A stretch of DNA of 64,000 bases. It comes from Aquificaceae bacterium. Lineage in GTDB: Bacteria; Aquificota; Aquificia; Aquificales; Aquificaceae. The stretch covers positions 1 to 64,000 of the forward strand of contig JBEPZX010000008.1 of assembly GCA_041640635.1 (NCBI GenBank). The letters run 5' to 3'. The notes beneath the pieces are model-generated. The model worked only from the letters and a program-made list of their open reading frames with translations. It was not told where the DNA came from and ran no database searches. Positions 40,732 through 51,104 of this stretch are shown in pieces; the stretch's first letter is position 1; the number at the start of each line of letters is the position of its first letter. The position numbers and the translations under genes are program-made.

Positions 40732-41214
40732 TTAGCTTAATCCCTTTTCGAAGTCTTCTGGCTTTATATTTTCCAACCATTCCTTCAACTTTTCCTTTTC
40801 TACATCTTCCTCGGGTTTTGGAACTTTAGATTTTTCTAGTACTTCAGGATTCACATATATAGGTACGTTTACTCTTAAGGCTAGATTTATAGCATCACTG
40901 GGTCTAGAGTCTATGATAATTAGGTTTGAGCCCTGTGTTATATGAATTTCTGCGTAATATGTACCATCTTTTAAATCGGTTATTACTATTTTTTCCACTT
41001 TACCTGATAGGCTTTCTATAGCACTTTTCAGAAGCTCATAAGTCATAGGTCTTGGTGGCTCCACCTTTTGAAGCTCTCTAACTATACTATCTGCCTCAAA
41101 TAAGCCTATCCATATGGGAAGCATTAACTCCTCGTTATCTTTGGACTTAAGCATTACAATAGGCATTTGTGACACAGGATCCAAAGTTACACCATGAACA
41201 AACATTTCTATCAT
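40732..41214 (-). CDS. bifunctional nuclease family (DUF151)
   Basis: LPIWIG.FEA, PRPMTYEL, DSRPSDAI.LA. Confidence 0.92.
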   Translation of the reverse strand: MIEMFVHGVTLDPVSQMPIVMLKSKDNEELMLPIWIGLFEADSIVRELQKVEPPRPMTYELLKSAIESLSGKVEKIVITDLKDGTYYAEIHITQGSNLIIIDSRPSDAINLALRVNVPIYVNPEVLEKSKVPKPEEDVEKEKLKEWLENIKPEDFEKGLS

Positions 41215-42524
41215 CTCACCACCTCCAAAACTTCACACCTCAAGTTAAAAGGCGTGGACTCTCTAACCCTAACCTTCACTAATTTACCTAAATATCCCCT
41301 AGATCCATCAAAAGTTGCCCATTTGTTAGTTCTTGTTCTACCTATTAATTTCTTTCCATCCTCTATATCCTCCACTAAGACTTCTTGAACCGTTCCTTCA
41401 TAGAGTTTAGAAATTTCTGAAAGTATAGACTTTTGTAAATTAAGCAATTTTGACATTCTTTGAGTTTTCACTTCATCATCTATCTGACCTTCCATAGAAT
41501 ATGCTGGTGTATCTGGTCTAGGAGAGTACTTAAAAGAAAACACTTGCTCAAATCTAACCTCTCTTAAAACATCCAAAGTATGCTCAAAGTCCTCTTCTGT
41601 TTCTGTAGGAAAGCCCACAATTATATCTGTAGAGAAGGTTATACCTTTTTTGTATTCCTTCAGCATTTGAATTTTCTCCAGATACTCTTCCTTTGTGTAT
41701 CCTCTGTCCATCAAACTCAAAATCCTATTTGAACCTGCTTGAACGGGTAAGTGCAGGTGTTCACAGACTTTATCTATTTCACCTATAGCTCTTGCAATAC
41801 TTTCTGTCATGTCTCTTGGGTGCCCAGTTGTAAATCTTATACGCTCAACTCCATCTATTTGAGCTACTTTATAAAGCAATTCTTCAAAGGGGATTCCTAT
41901 GTCTTGTCCCCAAGCTGTAACGTTTTGACCCAAGAGATGTATTTCCTTTACTCCATCATCTACCAACTGTTTTACTTCTTCAAGTATGCTTTCCAAAGAC
42001 CTTGACCTTTGCCTACCTCTAGTTTTGGGAACAACACAGTAGGTGCAATTCTTATCACACCCTTTCATAACGGTTACATAAGCGCAGAATTTGTTGTCTC
42101 TGACAGCTGGATAGTTCCATAGACTGTCTTCATCTTCTGGTGGGCTTTCCAGTATAGCTATAGCTTTGTAACCTGCTTGGGCTTGTTGTATAAATTCACC
42201 AAGTTGGTGCATGTTAAAGCTTGAAAACATAATATCTATTACAGGAGCTTTTTGGACTAATTGGTCTCCCATTCTTTGAGCTAAACATCCACAAACAGCT
42301 ATTAAAGCGTTAGGATTTCTCTCCTTGATCTTTTTATATTCACCCAGATGCGAGTAAACTTTCTGATCGGGCTTTTCTCTGATAGTGCATGTATTTAAAA
42401 GGATGATATCCGCCTCCTGCCAATCTTGAGCAGGTTCGTATCCTAAACTTTTTAATATCCCTTTCATTCTTTCCGAATCATTAAAATTCATTTGGCAACC
42501 GAAGGTTTTTATATAGTATTTCAT
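41211..42524 (-). CDS. miaB: tRNA methylthiotransferase MiaB
   Basis: TFGCQMN..DSE, radical SAM CDKNCTYC, TRAM domain; start MKYYIK at 42524. Confidence 0.96.
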   Translation of the reverse strand: MKYYIKTFGCQMNFNDSERMKGILKSLGYEPAQDWQEADIILLNTCTIREKPDQKVYSHLGEYKKIKERNPNALIAVCGCLAQRMGDQLVQKAPVIDIMFSSFNMHQLGEFIQQAQAGYKAIAILESPPEDEDSLWNYPAVRDNKFCAYVTVMKGCDKNCTYCVVPKTRGRQRSRSLESILEEVKQLVDDGVKEIHLLGQNVTAWGQDIGIPFEELLYKVAQIDGVERIRFTTGHPRDMTESIARAIGEIDKVCEHLHLPVQAGSNRILSLMDRGYTKEEYLEKIQMLKEYKKGITFSTDIIVGFPTETEEDFEHTLDVLREVRFEQVFSFKYSPRPDTPAYSMEGQIDDEVKTQRMSKLLNLQKSILSEISKLYEGTVQEVLVEDIEDGKKLIGRTRTNKWATFDGSRGYLGKLVKVRVRESTPFNLRCEVLEVVR

Positions 42525-42576
42525 AGAAATTAATTTATACCTTTTGTCCAATTCAGGTGGTTTAATATTTATATTT

Positions 42577-43857
42577 ATGAAGATAGAAGACTTACGAAAC
42601 AGTGCTTGGAGATTCAACGAAAGATTAAGGTTTCTTGCTAGCCGTGGGCACATTGTAGAAGAAGAATATGAACCAAAAGTTAGAGAAATAATAAAAAAAG
42701 TGAAAGAAGAAGGTGATAGAGCGCTTTTTGAATACACAAAACTATACGACAAGCAGGATATATCCCAAGAAAATATAGAAATCCCTTTTGAAGAGCTCGA
42801 GAATGCCTACAACGAAATAGAAGAGGATGTAAAGTCAGCATTAGAGGTAGCCTACGAAAGAATCAGAAGGTTTCACGAGAAACAGAAGGAAAATACCTTC
42901 ATAGTAGAGGAAGAAGGTATAATACTTGGAACACGTGTTACACCCCTTGAAAGAGTTGGTGTTTATGTACCTGGTGGAAAGGCAGCTTATCCGTCTTCCG
43001 TATTGATGAACACCATACCTGCAATAGTTGCAGGTGTAGAAGAGATCATTATGGTAACACCTAACCCTAACAAGTACACCCTAGCTGCGGCTTTTATAGC
43101 AGGTGTGAGTAGAGTTTTTAGAATAGGTGGAGCCCAAGCTGTAGCAGCCTTGGCTTTTGGAACAGAAAGCATTCCTAAAGTGGACAAAATTGTAGGACCG
43201 GGGAATATATATGTAGCTCTAGCTAAAAAACTCCTGTTTGGATACGTAGACATAGACATGATAGCTGGACCTTCCGAGATACTTATAATATCCGATGGTT
43301 CTTGCAATTCTAAATGGATAGCATCTGATTTACTATCACAAGCGGAGCACGATGAGCTAGCAGGAGCTTTCATGATAACCAACAGTGAAAAACACGCCCT
43401 TGAAGTAAAAGAAGAAGTATATAAACTTTTGGAAAACTTTCCTAGAAAGGATATAGCCCAGAAGTCCATAGAACGCTTTGGGACTATATTTTTGGTAGAG
43501 GACATGTATCAGGCATGCCAGGTAGCAAACTACATAGCACCTGAACATTTGGAAATAATTACAGAAGATCCCTTTGCATTGCTGCCATATATAAAGCATG
43601 CAGGAGCTGTATTTCTTGGAAAGTACACAACAGAACCCCTGGGAGATTACATCTTAGGGCCTAATCATACTCTTCCAACAGGTGCTACAGCAAGATTCTT
43701 TTCACCACTTGGGGTTTATGATTTTGTCAAGAGAAGCTCCATTCTTTACGTAAGTAAGGAAGGTTTTGAAAAAGTTGCAGATGCAACAGAAAGTATAGCC
43801 AAAGCGGAAGGCTTATTTGCTCATTACTCATCGGTAAAGATTAGGAGAGAATTGTGA
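42577..43857 (+). CDS. hisD: histidinol dehydrogenase
   Basis: YVPGG.AAYPSS, GPGNIYV, AGPSE, SQAEH, PEHL, GPNHTLPT; ATG at 42577. Confidence 0.97.
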   Translation: MKIEDLRNSAWRFNERLRFLASRGHIVEEEYEPKVREIIKKVKEEGDRALFEYTKLYDKQDISQENIEIPFEELENAYNEIEEDVKSALEVAYERIRRFHEKQKENTFIVEEEGIILGTRVTPLERVGVYVPGGKAAYPSSVLMNTIPAIVAGVEEIIMVTPNPNKYTLAAAFIAGVSRVFRIGGAQAVAALAFGTESIPKVDKIVGPGNIYVALAKKLLFGYVDIDMIAGPSEILIISDGSCNSKWIASDLLSQAEHDELAGAFMITNSEKHALEVKEEVYKLLENFPRKDIAQKSIERFGTIFLVEDMYQACQVANYIAPEHLEIITEDPFALLPYIKHAGAVFLGKYTTEPLGDYILGPNHTLPTGATARFFSPLGVYDFVKRSSILYVSKEGFEKVADATESIAKAEGLFAHYSSVKIRREL

Positions 43858-44420
43858 AATTTTTTTCGCTAATCTTAATCCTTTCTTTTCTCTTTTCTTG
43901 CGCACCCATATATTGCCCAGATGCAGAAAGTATAAAAACTTTATACTCTCAAAGTGTATCTCCTAAAAATTACACAGCTCTTTTAAGTGCTAAGTATGGA
44001 CCCCTGAGAATTCCTGTTTCTGTTGAAAAAAGCAATCAATACTACAACATAAGAACGCTAAGCTCTGAAATCCTATCTTACAAGGACAGAAACATTTGTA
44101 TAGACTCTGTCTGCATAGATTTTCCAATAAACCCAGATGGATTGATCTTTGGAACAGTTCTCGAAGGCAACGAAAAGGTAAGTTGTAGTAGAGAAGGTAT
44201 AGTTCTTGAGAAGGATGAAAACCTATATGTGAAGAAATACATATTTTTTAACGGTCAATTAAAGAGCATGGAGATTTTAGATAAAAGGAGAAATAAGACA
44301 TTGGTTGTAAATTATGGAGAAAGAACAAAAGAAGGTTATTACAAAAATCTAAATCTAAATATTGGAAATATGGATCTCAGAATAACTATAGATGAAGTAA
44401 AAATACTCCAAAACAACTGA
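43854..44420 (+). CDS. hypothetical lipoprotein
   Basis: lipobox LFSC; beta-strand-like pattern. Confidence 0.7.
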   Translation: MKFFSLILILSFLFSCAPIYCPDAESIKTLYSQSVSPKNYTALLSAKYGPLRIPVSVEKSNQYYNIRTLSSEILSYKDRNICIDSVCIDFPINPDGLIFGTVLEGNEKVSCSREGIVLEKDENLYVKKYIFFNGQLKSMEILDKRRNKTLVVNYGERTKEGYYKNLNLNIGNMDLRITIDEVKILQNN

Positions 44421-44437
44421 TATAAGGAGGTAAAATT

Positions 44438-45250
44438 ATGTTCCCAACTATTGTGGAAGTGTTTGGAATAAAGATATCCACCTATGGCGTATTAGTAGCT
44501 ATAGGTGTCTTAGTAGCGTACTTTTTAATCCTTAAATATGCAAAAAGAGAAGGGTTAAACACCAATCATATAGAAAATACATTGATTTTTGCAGTTATAG
44601 GCGGATTAGTCTTTGCTAGACTTTCTTATGTTATAGAGCATCCTGAACACATTGGAGAGCTTTTTGATATAGTAGCCATTTGGCAAGGAGGAATGGATTT
44701 TTTTGGCGGATTGGTCGGCGGCATTGGTGGTGCTCTACTGGGGATTTACAAATACAAACTTCCCTTATGGAAAGCAGCAGATATAGCCGTCTTAGGTCTT
44801 ACTATAGCTCATGCCATCGGAAGACTAGGTTGCACATCCGCAGGTTGTTGTTATGGAAGACCCATACCTATAGAAAGTTCTTTAAGTATAGGCATTCATT
44901 TTATGGACAGGTTTCCCTTCTTTTATGTGGTCTTTCCGCCTGGTGCTGTAGCTCCTCCTTATATGCCTCTATATCCTACACAGATTATGGAATTTATAGG
45001 GCTTTTAACTCTCTTTTTCCTACTACTTTTTCTATACAATAAAAAGAAAGTTGATGGCCTTGTATTTTCCGCTTATATGATAGGCTACGGATTACTTAGA
45101 TTCTTCCTGGAATTTTTCAGAGGTGTAACTCCACCTATAGAGAGTATAGGCTTAACTTGGAATCAATTGGTTTCTATAGGGATGATAATAATTTCTATAT
45201 TTTTATTTTTTACCTTAAAGCAGGGCAAAAGCCATGAGAAAATGGATTAA
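44438..45250 (+). CDS. lgt: prolipoprotein diacylglyceryl transferase
   Basis: [33 protein letters not shown]. Confidence 0.94.
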   Translation: MFPTIVEVFGIKISTYGVLVAIGVLVAYFLILKYAKREGLNTNHIENTLIFAVIGGLVFARLSYVIEHPEHIGELFDIVAIWQGGMDFFGGLVGGIGGALLGIYKYKLPLWKAADIAVLGLTIAHAIGRLGCTSAGCCYGRPIPIESSLSIGIHFMDRFPFFYVVFPPGAVAPPYMPLYPTQIMEFIGLLTLFFLLLFLYNKKKVDGLVFSAYMIGYGLLRFFLEFFRGVTPPIESIGLTWNQLVSIGMIIISIFLFFTLKQGKSHEKMD

Positions 45251-46079
45251 GAGGTTTTTTCTTTTTTTCGTTATAATCTTAGTGCTTAGTATGATTGGAT
45301 CTTTGTTAGCACGCATACCTGTAGGAGATAGGGTAGCTGTAATCAAAGTTGAAGGAGTAATAGTTGATCCAGAGACCATTCTTAAGAGCATAGAGGCATG
45401 CAAGGAAGACAAAAGCATAAAAGCTCTCGTATTGAGAGTTGACTCTCCAGGAGGCTCTGTCGGCGCTTCTCAAGAAATATACAGATCGCTAGAGAGGTTT
45501 AGATCTTCAGGCAAACCTTTGGTAGTTTCTATGGGTAATGTTGCCGCATCTGGAGGATACTATATCTCTTTACCAGCTAATTATATAGTTGCCAACGAAG
45601 GTACCATTGTTGGTAGCATAGGCGTGATAGTGCAGCATATGGATTATAGAGACCTACTAGATAAAATAGGAGTCAAAACTACGTCTATAAAAACCGGTAA
45701 GTTTAAAGACACACTGTCACCTTTTAGAGAATTAACACCAGAAGAAAAGGAATACATACAGAGCACTATAAACGATGCATATGAACAATTCATTAGTTCC
45801 ATACTAAAACATAGAGGCAAATACATATCTGAAGAAAAACTCAGATCTATAGCGGATGGTAGGATATTCACTGGAAAAATGGCAAAGGAGCTTGGTCTTA
45901 TAGATCAAATAGGCAATCTTCATGATGCTATAGACAAAGCAAAGGAGCTTGCAAATGTACCAGAAGCAAGAGTTTTTCATATAGAAGAGAAAAGAGGATT
46001 ACTGAGACATATTCTGAAAGGAGCAGGAATAAACACTAATTTCTACTATACTACGATGATTTACTACATTATGAAGTAA
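45234..46079 (+). CDS. sppA: signal peptide peptidase SppA (S49)
   Basis: [27 protein letters not shown]. Confidence 0.94.
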   Translation: MRKWIKRFFLFFVIILVLSMIGSLLARIPVGDRVAVIKVEGVIVDPETILKSIEACKEDKSIKALVLRVDSPGGSVGASQEIYRSLERFRSSGKPLVVSMGNVAASGGYYISLPANYIVANEGTIVGSIGVIVQHMDYRDLLDKIGVKTTSIKTGKFKDTLSPFRELTPEEKEYIQSTINDAYEQFISSILKHRGKYISEEKLRSIADGRIFTGKMAKELGLIDQIGNLHDAIDKAKELANVPEARVFHIEEKRGLLRHILKGAGINTNFYYTTMIYYIMK

Positions 46080-46093
46080 TTTAGTTAGGCAAT

Positions 46094-46438
46094 TTAAAGG
46101 ATCTCTGAAATTTTGTTTTTTTGGTATTCTATTTCCTTTAAAGCTTCAAGAAGGTCTTTATTTTCACTTTTATAAATACTTATAGCTTTTTCCAATACGT
46201 TTGAGTCTTCCACTTTAAATAACCTATCTTCCAATATGGTCTTCACTATGTAGTAAACCTTCTCCTTATCTAACTCAAAGGACTTCTCCAATATATAAAC
46301 TATCTCAATTAGCGTATACTTGGATACAAATATTTTCTCTTTATTTTTTTCTATCTCTTTAAATAATTTACTAATTCTCCTAGATTCTTTGTCGTTGGTA
46401 AAGAAATCAAGAAGTGTTTTTGTGCTTATAGCCTTCAT
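46094..46438 (-). CDS. degenerate PIN-domain protein
   Basis: AISTKTLL, FVSKYTLIEIVYIL pattern resembles VapC but Asp residues are missing. Confidence 0.6.
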   Translation of the reverse strand: MKAISTKTLLDFFTNDKESRRISKLFKEIEKNKEKIFVSKYTLIEIVYILEKSFELDKEKVYYIVKTILEDRLFKVEDSNVLEKAISIYKSENKDLLEALKEIEYQKNKISEIL

Positions 46439-46494
46439 AGTTTATATCTTATAATAATTCTTTATACCACACAAAGTCACATAGGAGGAAAAAT

Positions 46495-47496
46495 ATGGCA
46501 GTTGTGTATTACGACAGCGATGCAAGCCTAGATATACTCAAAGATAAAACAATAGCAATTCTTGGCTATGGAAGTCAAGGACATGCACATGCTCTTAATC
46601 TAAAAGACAGTGGTATAAGGGTAATAATAGGCCTTCCAGAAAATAGTAAATCACGACAAAAGGCGATTAACGATGGTTTTGAAGTTTTTACTCCCAGTGA
46701 AGCTTCCAAAGAAGCCGATATAATAATGTTCTTGACTCCTGACACTGTGCAGTCTCAAATCTATAAGGAATGCGTAGAGCCTCATTTAAATGCTTCAAAA
46801 ACCTTAGCATTTGCACATGGTTTTAACATACATTTTAGACAAATTGTGCCACCAAAGGAAGTAGATGTCTTTATGGTAGCCCCAAAAGGACCAGGACACT
46901 TGGTGAGATGGATGTACGAAGAGGGTAAGGGTGTACCTGCTCTAGTTGCCATATACCAAAATGCTTCTGGACATTGCAAGGATAAAGCACTAGCCTATGC
47001 AAAAGGTATAGGATGTACAAGAGCTGGTGTCATAGAAACGACCTTTAAAGAAGAGACGGAAACGGACCTGTTTGGTGAACAGATGGTTCTTTGCGGTGGT
47101 GCAACAGCTTTAATCAAAGCTGGCTTTGAAACTCTTATAGAAGCTGGTTATCAACCTGAGGTGGCATACTTTGAATGTTTGCATGAACTTAAACTCATAG
47201 TAGACTTGATATACCAGTATGGCATAGCGGGTATGAGATACTCTATTTCTGACACCGCTAAATATGGCGATGTTACACGTGGTGAAAGAATATACAAGTT
47301 TGTAAAACCACTAATGAAGGATGCTTTAGAAGAGATACAAAAAGGTGAGTTTGCACGAGAATGGATACTAGAGAATCAAGCGGGAAGACCTGTGTTTAAT
47401 GCTCTTTTGGAGAGAGATAAACACCATTTGATAGAAGAAGTTGGAGAAACTCTCAGAAAAATGATGCCATGGATAAGTGACAAGGAGCTTAAATGA
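46495..47496 (+). CDS. ilvC: ketol-acid reductoisomerase
   Basis: [32 protein letters not shown]. Confidence 0.98.
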   Translation: MAVVYYDSDASLDILKDKTIAILGYGSQGHAHALNLKDSGIRVIIGLPENSKSRQKAINDGFEVFTPSEASKEADIIMFLTPDTVQSQIYKECVEPHLNASKTLAFAHGFNIHFRQIVPPKEVDVFMVAPKGPGHLVRWMYEEGKGVPALVAIYQNASGHCKDKALAYAKGIGCTRAGVIETTFKEETETDLFGEQMVLCGGATALIKAGFETLIEAGYQPEVAYFECLHELKLIVDLIYQYGIAGMRYSISDTAKYGDVTRGERIYKFVKPLMKDALEEIQKGEFAREWILENQAGRPVFNALLERDKHHLIEEVGETLRKMMPWISDKELK

Positions 47497-48116
47497 ACCT
47501 AACTAAGAAAAGAGAGAATTTGAAAAAAATATACACACCTGTAGGTGTATTGCTTTATAAGCTACATATGCCTCCAAATCTTATTACTTTATTGTCCTTA
47601 ACCACTGGAATGCTTGCGGCTTACTTTTTTTACCATGGTAAACTTCTCACAGCTGTTGCTTTTCTCGTTATGTCTGGATTGTTTGATCTTGCAGATGGTA
47701 TAGTAGCTAGACTATCAGACAAAGCTTCCAAGTTTGGGGCGGTGTTCGATTGGATAGCGGACAAGTGGGTTGATGGTTTTGTTCTTGGAACTGTAGCTTA
47801 CGTATACGCTGGTCCTTTGACCACTATAACCGTAATAACAGCTTCTATGCTTCATTCTTTCATAAAGCCCGTTGTATACGCAGAAATAGGATACGAAAGT
47901 AGAGAGAAAGGAAAGATAAAAGACCCACTGGAGGGTGTAGGTTTCTTTGGAAGACCCGAGACACATCTGACACTCATAGTGTTTTCCGTTATGGAAAGGT
48001 TCGAACTTCCCATCGGTTTAAGCATATGTATCAAACTTATAGCTCTTCTGACTATGGTATCTTTGATTTTGCGCGTACTGTATTTATACAAAAACTACAG
48101 GAGGGATTATGACTAA
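47493..48116 (+). CDS. CDP-alcohol phosphatidyltransferase
   Basis: [24 protein letters not shown]. Confidence 0.92.
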   Translation: MNLTKKRENLKKIYTPVGVLLYKLHMPPNLITLLSLTTGMLAAYFFYHGKLLTAVAFLVMSGLFDLADGIVARLSDKASKFGAVFDWIADKWVDGFVLGTVAYVYAGPLTTITVITASMLHSFIKPVVYAEIGYESREKGKIKDPLEGVGFFGRPETHLTLIVFSVMERFELPIGLSICIKLIALLTMVSLILRVLYLYKNYRRDYD

Positions 48117-48774
48117 AAGACCTTACGTGATTATAGTATCTGAGGTTACTGTAGATGGAAAATTAACCCTTTATAGAGGAGCATCTAGCAAAGAAATTAT
48201 GACATTGATGGACCATGAAGCTTATGTATACCTTCATGAGATAAGAGCCAAAGTAGATGGCATCATGGTTGGTTGTGAAACAGTAAGGACGGACAATCCT
48301 AGCTTAACGGTAAGGTATGCAAAAGGTAAAAACCCAACGCGCATTATCCCTTGCTCTACTCTCAACGTTCCTACAGATGCAAACATATTCTCAAAAGATG
48401 CTCCAACCGTTATAGTTACCACAAAAAGAGCGAGTCATGAAAAAATAGAGAAGATAAAGTCTTTGGGAGCGGAAGTTTTGATTGTGGGTGAAGAACTTGT
48501 TGATTTTGATGCTTTAATGTCCGTATTATTTGACATGGGGATAAAAAGCCTAATGGTTGAGGGTGGTTCCTCTATAAATTGGGAGTTTGCCAAGAGAGGT
48601 TTTGTGGATGAAATAAGACTCATTCATTTGCCTGTTATAGTAGGTGGAGAAAATGTTCCTACCTTAGTAGGTGGAGAGGGATTTAAGAGTCTTAAAAATT
48701 TACTCAACCTCAGGCTACGATCCCACTTCAAAAGAGGACATCACTTGATAACAGAGTGGGAAGTAGTTAAATAA
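48109..48774 (+). CDS. stand-alone RibD C-terminal-type pyrimidine reductase
   Basis: TVDGK, DNPSLTVR, MVEGGS, VDEI. Confidence 0.88.
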   Translation: MTKRPYVIIVSEVTVDGKLTLYRGASSKEIMTLMDHEAYVYLHEIRAKVDGIMVGCETVRTDNPSLTVRYAKGKNPTRIIPCSTLNVPTDANIFSKDAPTVIVTTKRASHEKIEKIKSLGAEVLIVGEELVDFDALMSVLFDMGIKSLMVEGGSSINWEFAKRGFVDEIRLIHLPVIVGGENVPTLVGGEGFKSLKNLLNLRLRSHFKRGHHLITEWEVVK

Positions 48775-48778
48775 AGTA

Positions 48779-48795
48779 GGGAGCGCTAAGCTCCC
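48779..48795. terminator. hairpin between convergent genes
   Basis: GGGAGC-gctaa-GCTCCC. Confidence 0.6.
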
Positions 48796-48804
48796 CATTT
48801 CAGA

Positions 48805-50025
48805 TTATTTCTTACTCTTTACATAGTTCTCCCAGTTTTCTGGTGTGAAGGGTGAGATCTCTCTCAGCAGCTTTATTGTCTTTGGAAACTCCTGCACGAT
48901 GTATTCTACATCTTCATCAGTATTGTCTCTACCAAAGCTAAACACCAGTGAACCGTTTGCTACTTCCTTCGGAACACCAACTGCAAACAATACATGGGAC
49001 TGCTTTAGTGCCAAAGAAACACACGCAGAACCCGAAGCTGTCTCTATCCCGATTAAGTCTAACCTAAGCAGCATAGCTTCCCCTTCTATAAGGTGCACTA
49101 TGAGAGATAGGTGATGAGGTAAGCGTTGAGTTGGGTGTCCTGTAAACTCTATATAATCTAATTGTTCTTGGATCGCTTTTTTAAGTCTATCTCTATAGCC
49201 AGATAGTCTTGCCATCCTGTCCTGGAGTTCTTTCTGTGTTAATTCGCATGCTGCACCAAATCCAACGATTCCTGGTACATTTTCCGTCCCAGCTCTTACT
49301 CCTCTTTCTTGAACACCACCTTCTATTAAGGGTCTTACCTTCACACCTTTACGTGTCCAAAGAGCACCTACTCCCTTTGGACCATACATAAGATGAGCGG
49401 TGAAAGAAGCAGCATCTACTCCCCACTCTTTTACATCCACAGGGTAATGTCCCAAAGTAGGGCATGCATCCGTATGGAATATTACTTTTGGATTTTTTGC
49501 TTTGGCAGCTTGCACCAGATCCTTTATGTTTTGAATAGTTCCTATTTCTCTATTGGAGTGTCCTATGCTTACCAAAACAGTATCAGGGCGTATAGCTTCT
49601 GCTAATTGATCTGGGTGTATTAGTCCATACTTGTCAGGCTTTAGGTATGTGACTTCCCAACCTTTCTTTTCCAAGTTTTTTAAAGGATGAAGTATGGAGT
49701 GATGCTCTATTTCTGTGGTTACTATGTGCTTGCCTTTTTTCTCGTAAGCTTCAGATATGCCTTTTATAGCCAAATTGTTGGACTCTATACCACCAGAGGT
49801 GAATATTATTTCTTCTGGCGTATTTGCATTTATTAGATTGGATAGTTTCTCTCTTGCCTCGTTGATTGCTTTTTTGGCTATCTGTCCAAAGCTGTGCAGA
49901 GATGTGGGATTACCAAAGTGCTCTCTAAAGTATGGAAGCATGGCTTCCAGCACTTCCTGTGCTACAGGTGTCGTAGCTATATGGTCTAGGTAAACGACCT
50001 TTGCCCCTGCCTTTTTGATAAACAT
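48805..50025 (-). CDS. IscS/NifS-like protein lacking the PLP lysine (probable pseudo-desulfurase)
   Basis: IscS fold motifs (ATTP, FGNP.S.H, FTSG, EH, RAGTEN, GSAC) but AHLMYGPKG in place of AHKxYGPKG. Confidence 0.9.
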   Translation of the reverse strand: MFIKKAGAKVVYLDHIATTPVAQEVLEAMLPYFREHFGNPTSLHSFGQIAKKAINEAREKLSNLINANTPEEIIFTSGGIESNNLAIKGISEAYEKKGKHIVTTEIEHHSILHPLKNLEKKGWEVTYLKPDKYGLIHPDQLAEAIRPDTVLVSIGHSNREIGTIQNIKDLVQAAKAKNPKVIFHTDACPTLGHYPVDVKEWGVDAASFTAHLMYGPKGVGALWTRKGVKVRPLIEGGVQERGVRAGTENVPGIVGFGAACELTQKELQDRMARLSGYRDRLKKAIQEQLDYIEFTGHPTQRLPHHLSLIVHLIEGEAMLLRLDLIGIETASGSACVSLALKQSHVLFAVGVPKEVANGSLVFSFGRDNTDEDVEYIVQEFPKTIKLLREISPFTPENWENYVKSKK

Positions 50026-50028
50026 GTT

Positions 50029-51063
50029 TTACCTCCTTAAAATTTCATTTGTTACCAACTTTGCTATGCTTAAAAATGCCTTTGAGACTTCTGAATCTGG
50101 ATGGGACTCTACAACTGGTATCCCTTTATCTGAGGTCTCCGCAACCTCTGGGTCTATGGGTATAGCTCCCAAAACTTTAGTTCCGTATGTATTCGCAAAC
50201 TCAACGGTTTTGCCTTTACCAAATATGTAATACTTCTTGTTAGTCTCTGGACACACAAAGTAGGACATATTTTCTATAACACCTACTATAGGTATTTGAA
50301 CCTCTTTAAACATAGAAGCAGCTTTCTTCACATCCGCCAAAGCTACATCCTGTGGAGTGGTAACTATTATGGCTCCTTCAATCTCTACATTTTGTGCCAA
50401 TGTAAGTTGCACGTCACCTGTGCCTGGAGGTAAATCTAAAACTAAAAAGTCTAAATCTCCCCATCTTACATCAAACAGGAACTGCGTAAGAGCTTTCATT
50501 AGCATAGGTCCACGCCAAATAATTGGAGTGTCTTCAGATGGTAGCAAAAAGCCAATAGAAAGTGTTTTTATGTTGTACCTTTCTAAGGGGATTATCTTGT
50601 TGCTTTCATCTACGCTAACTCGCTCTCCTTTTATACCCAAAATGGTAGGAATACTAGGACCGTATATATCTGCATCTAGCAAACCTACCTTGTAACCTAG
50701 TTTAGAAAGAGCCAAAGCCAAATTGGCAGAAACCGTAGATTTGCCTACTCCGCCTTTCCCACTTCCTACAATTAGTATGTTTTTTATACCATCCACCTTT
50801 CTCCTAGAAAAGATTGTCTGTCCAGAAGTTTGCTGAGGTACGCTCTCTTCTACAAATCTTATTTTAAGATTCTGCACATCTGAGAGAGACTGCACTACCT
50901 GTCTCGTTACATCTTCTATGACCTTTTCTAAATCCCTTTTAGGTAGCCGATAAACTACTTCCAACAAGCCTCCTATAAGTTTTATATCCTTTACTAGATC
51001 AGACAACTTCCATTGATCTATAGTTTTATTTTTAAAAGCATCCATTATTTCTTTAACTGCCAT
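50029..51063 (-). CDS. mrp: Mrp/NBP35/ApbC Fe-S carrier ATPase
   Basis: GKGGVGKST, DADIYGPS, WRGPM, DLPPGTGD, ENMS..CPET. Confidence 0.93.
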   Translation of the reverse strand: MAVKEIMDAFKNKTIDQWKLSDLVKDIKLIGGLLEVVYRLPKRDLEKVIEDVTRQVVQSLSDVQNLKIRFVEESVPQQTSGQTIFSRRKVDGIKNILIVGSGKGGVGKSTVSANLALALSKLGYKVGLLDADIYGPSIPTILGIKGERVSVDESNKIIPLERYNIKTLSIGFLLPSEDTPIIWRGPMLMKALTQFLFDVRWGDLDFLVLDLPPGTGDVQLTLAQNVEIEGAIIVTTPQDVALADVKKAASMFKEVQIPIVGVIENMSYFVCPETNKKYYIFGKGKTVEFANTYGTKVLGAIPIDPEVAETSDKGIPVVESHPDSEVSKAFLSIAKLVTNEILRR

Positions 51064-51104
51064 ACAATACCTCCTTATATGTTAGAATATATGTAAAAGA
51101 AGCC

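Noticed and set aside
42525..42752. N-terminal extension of miaB overlapping hisD
   Set aside because: The conserved MiaB N-terminus starts at 42524; the extension is antisense to hisD.
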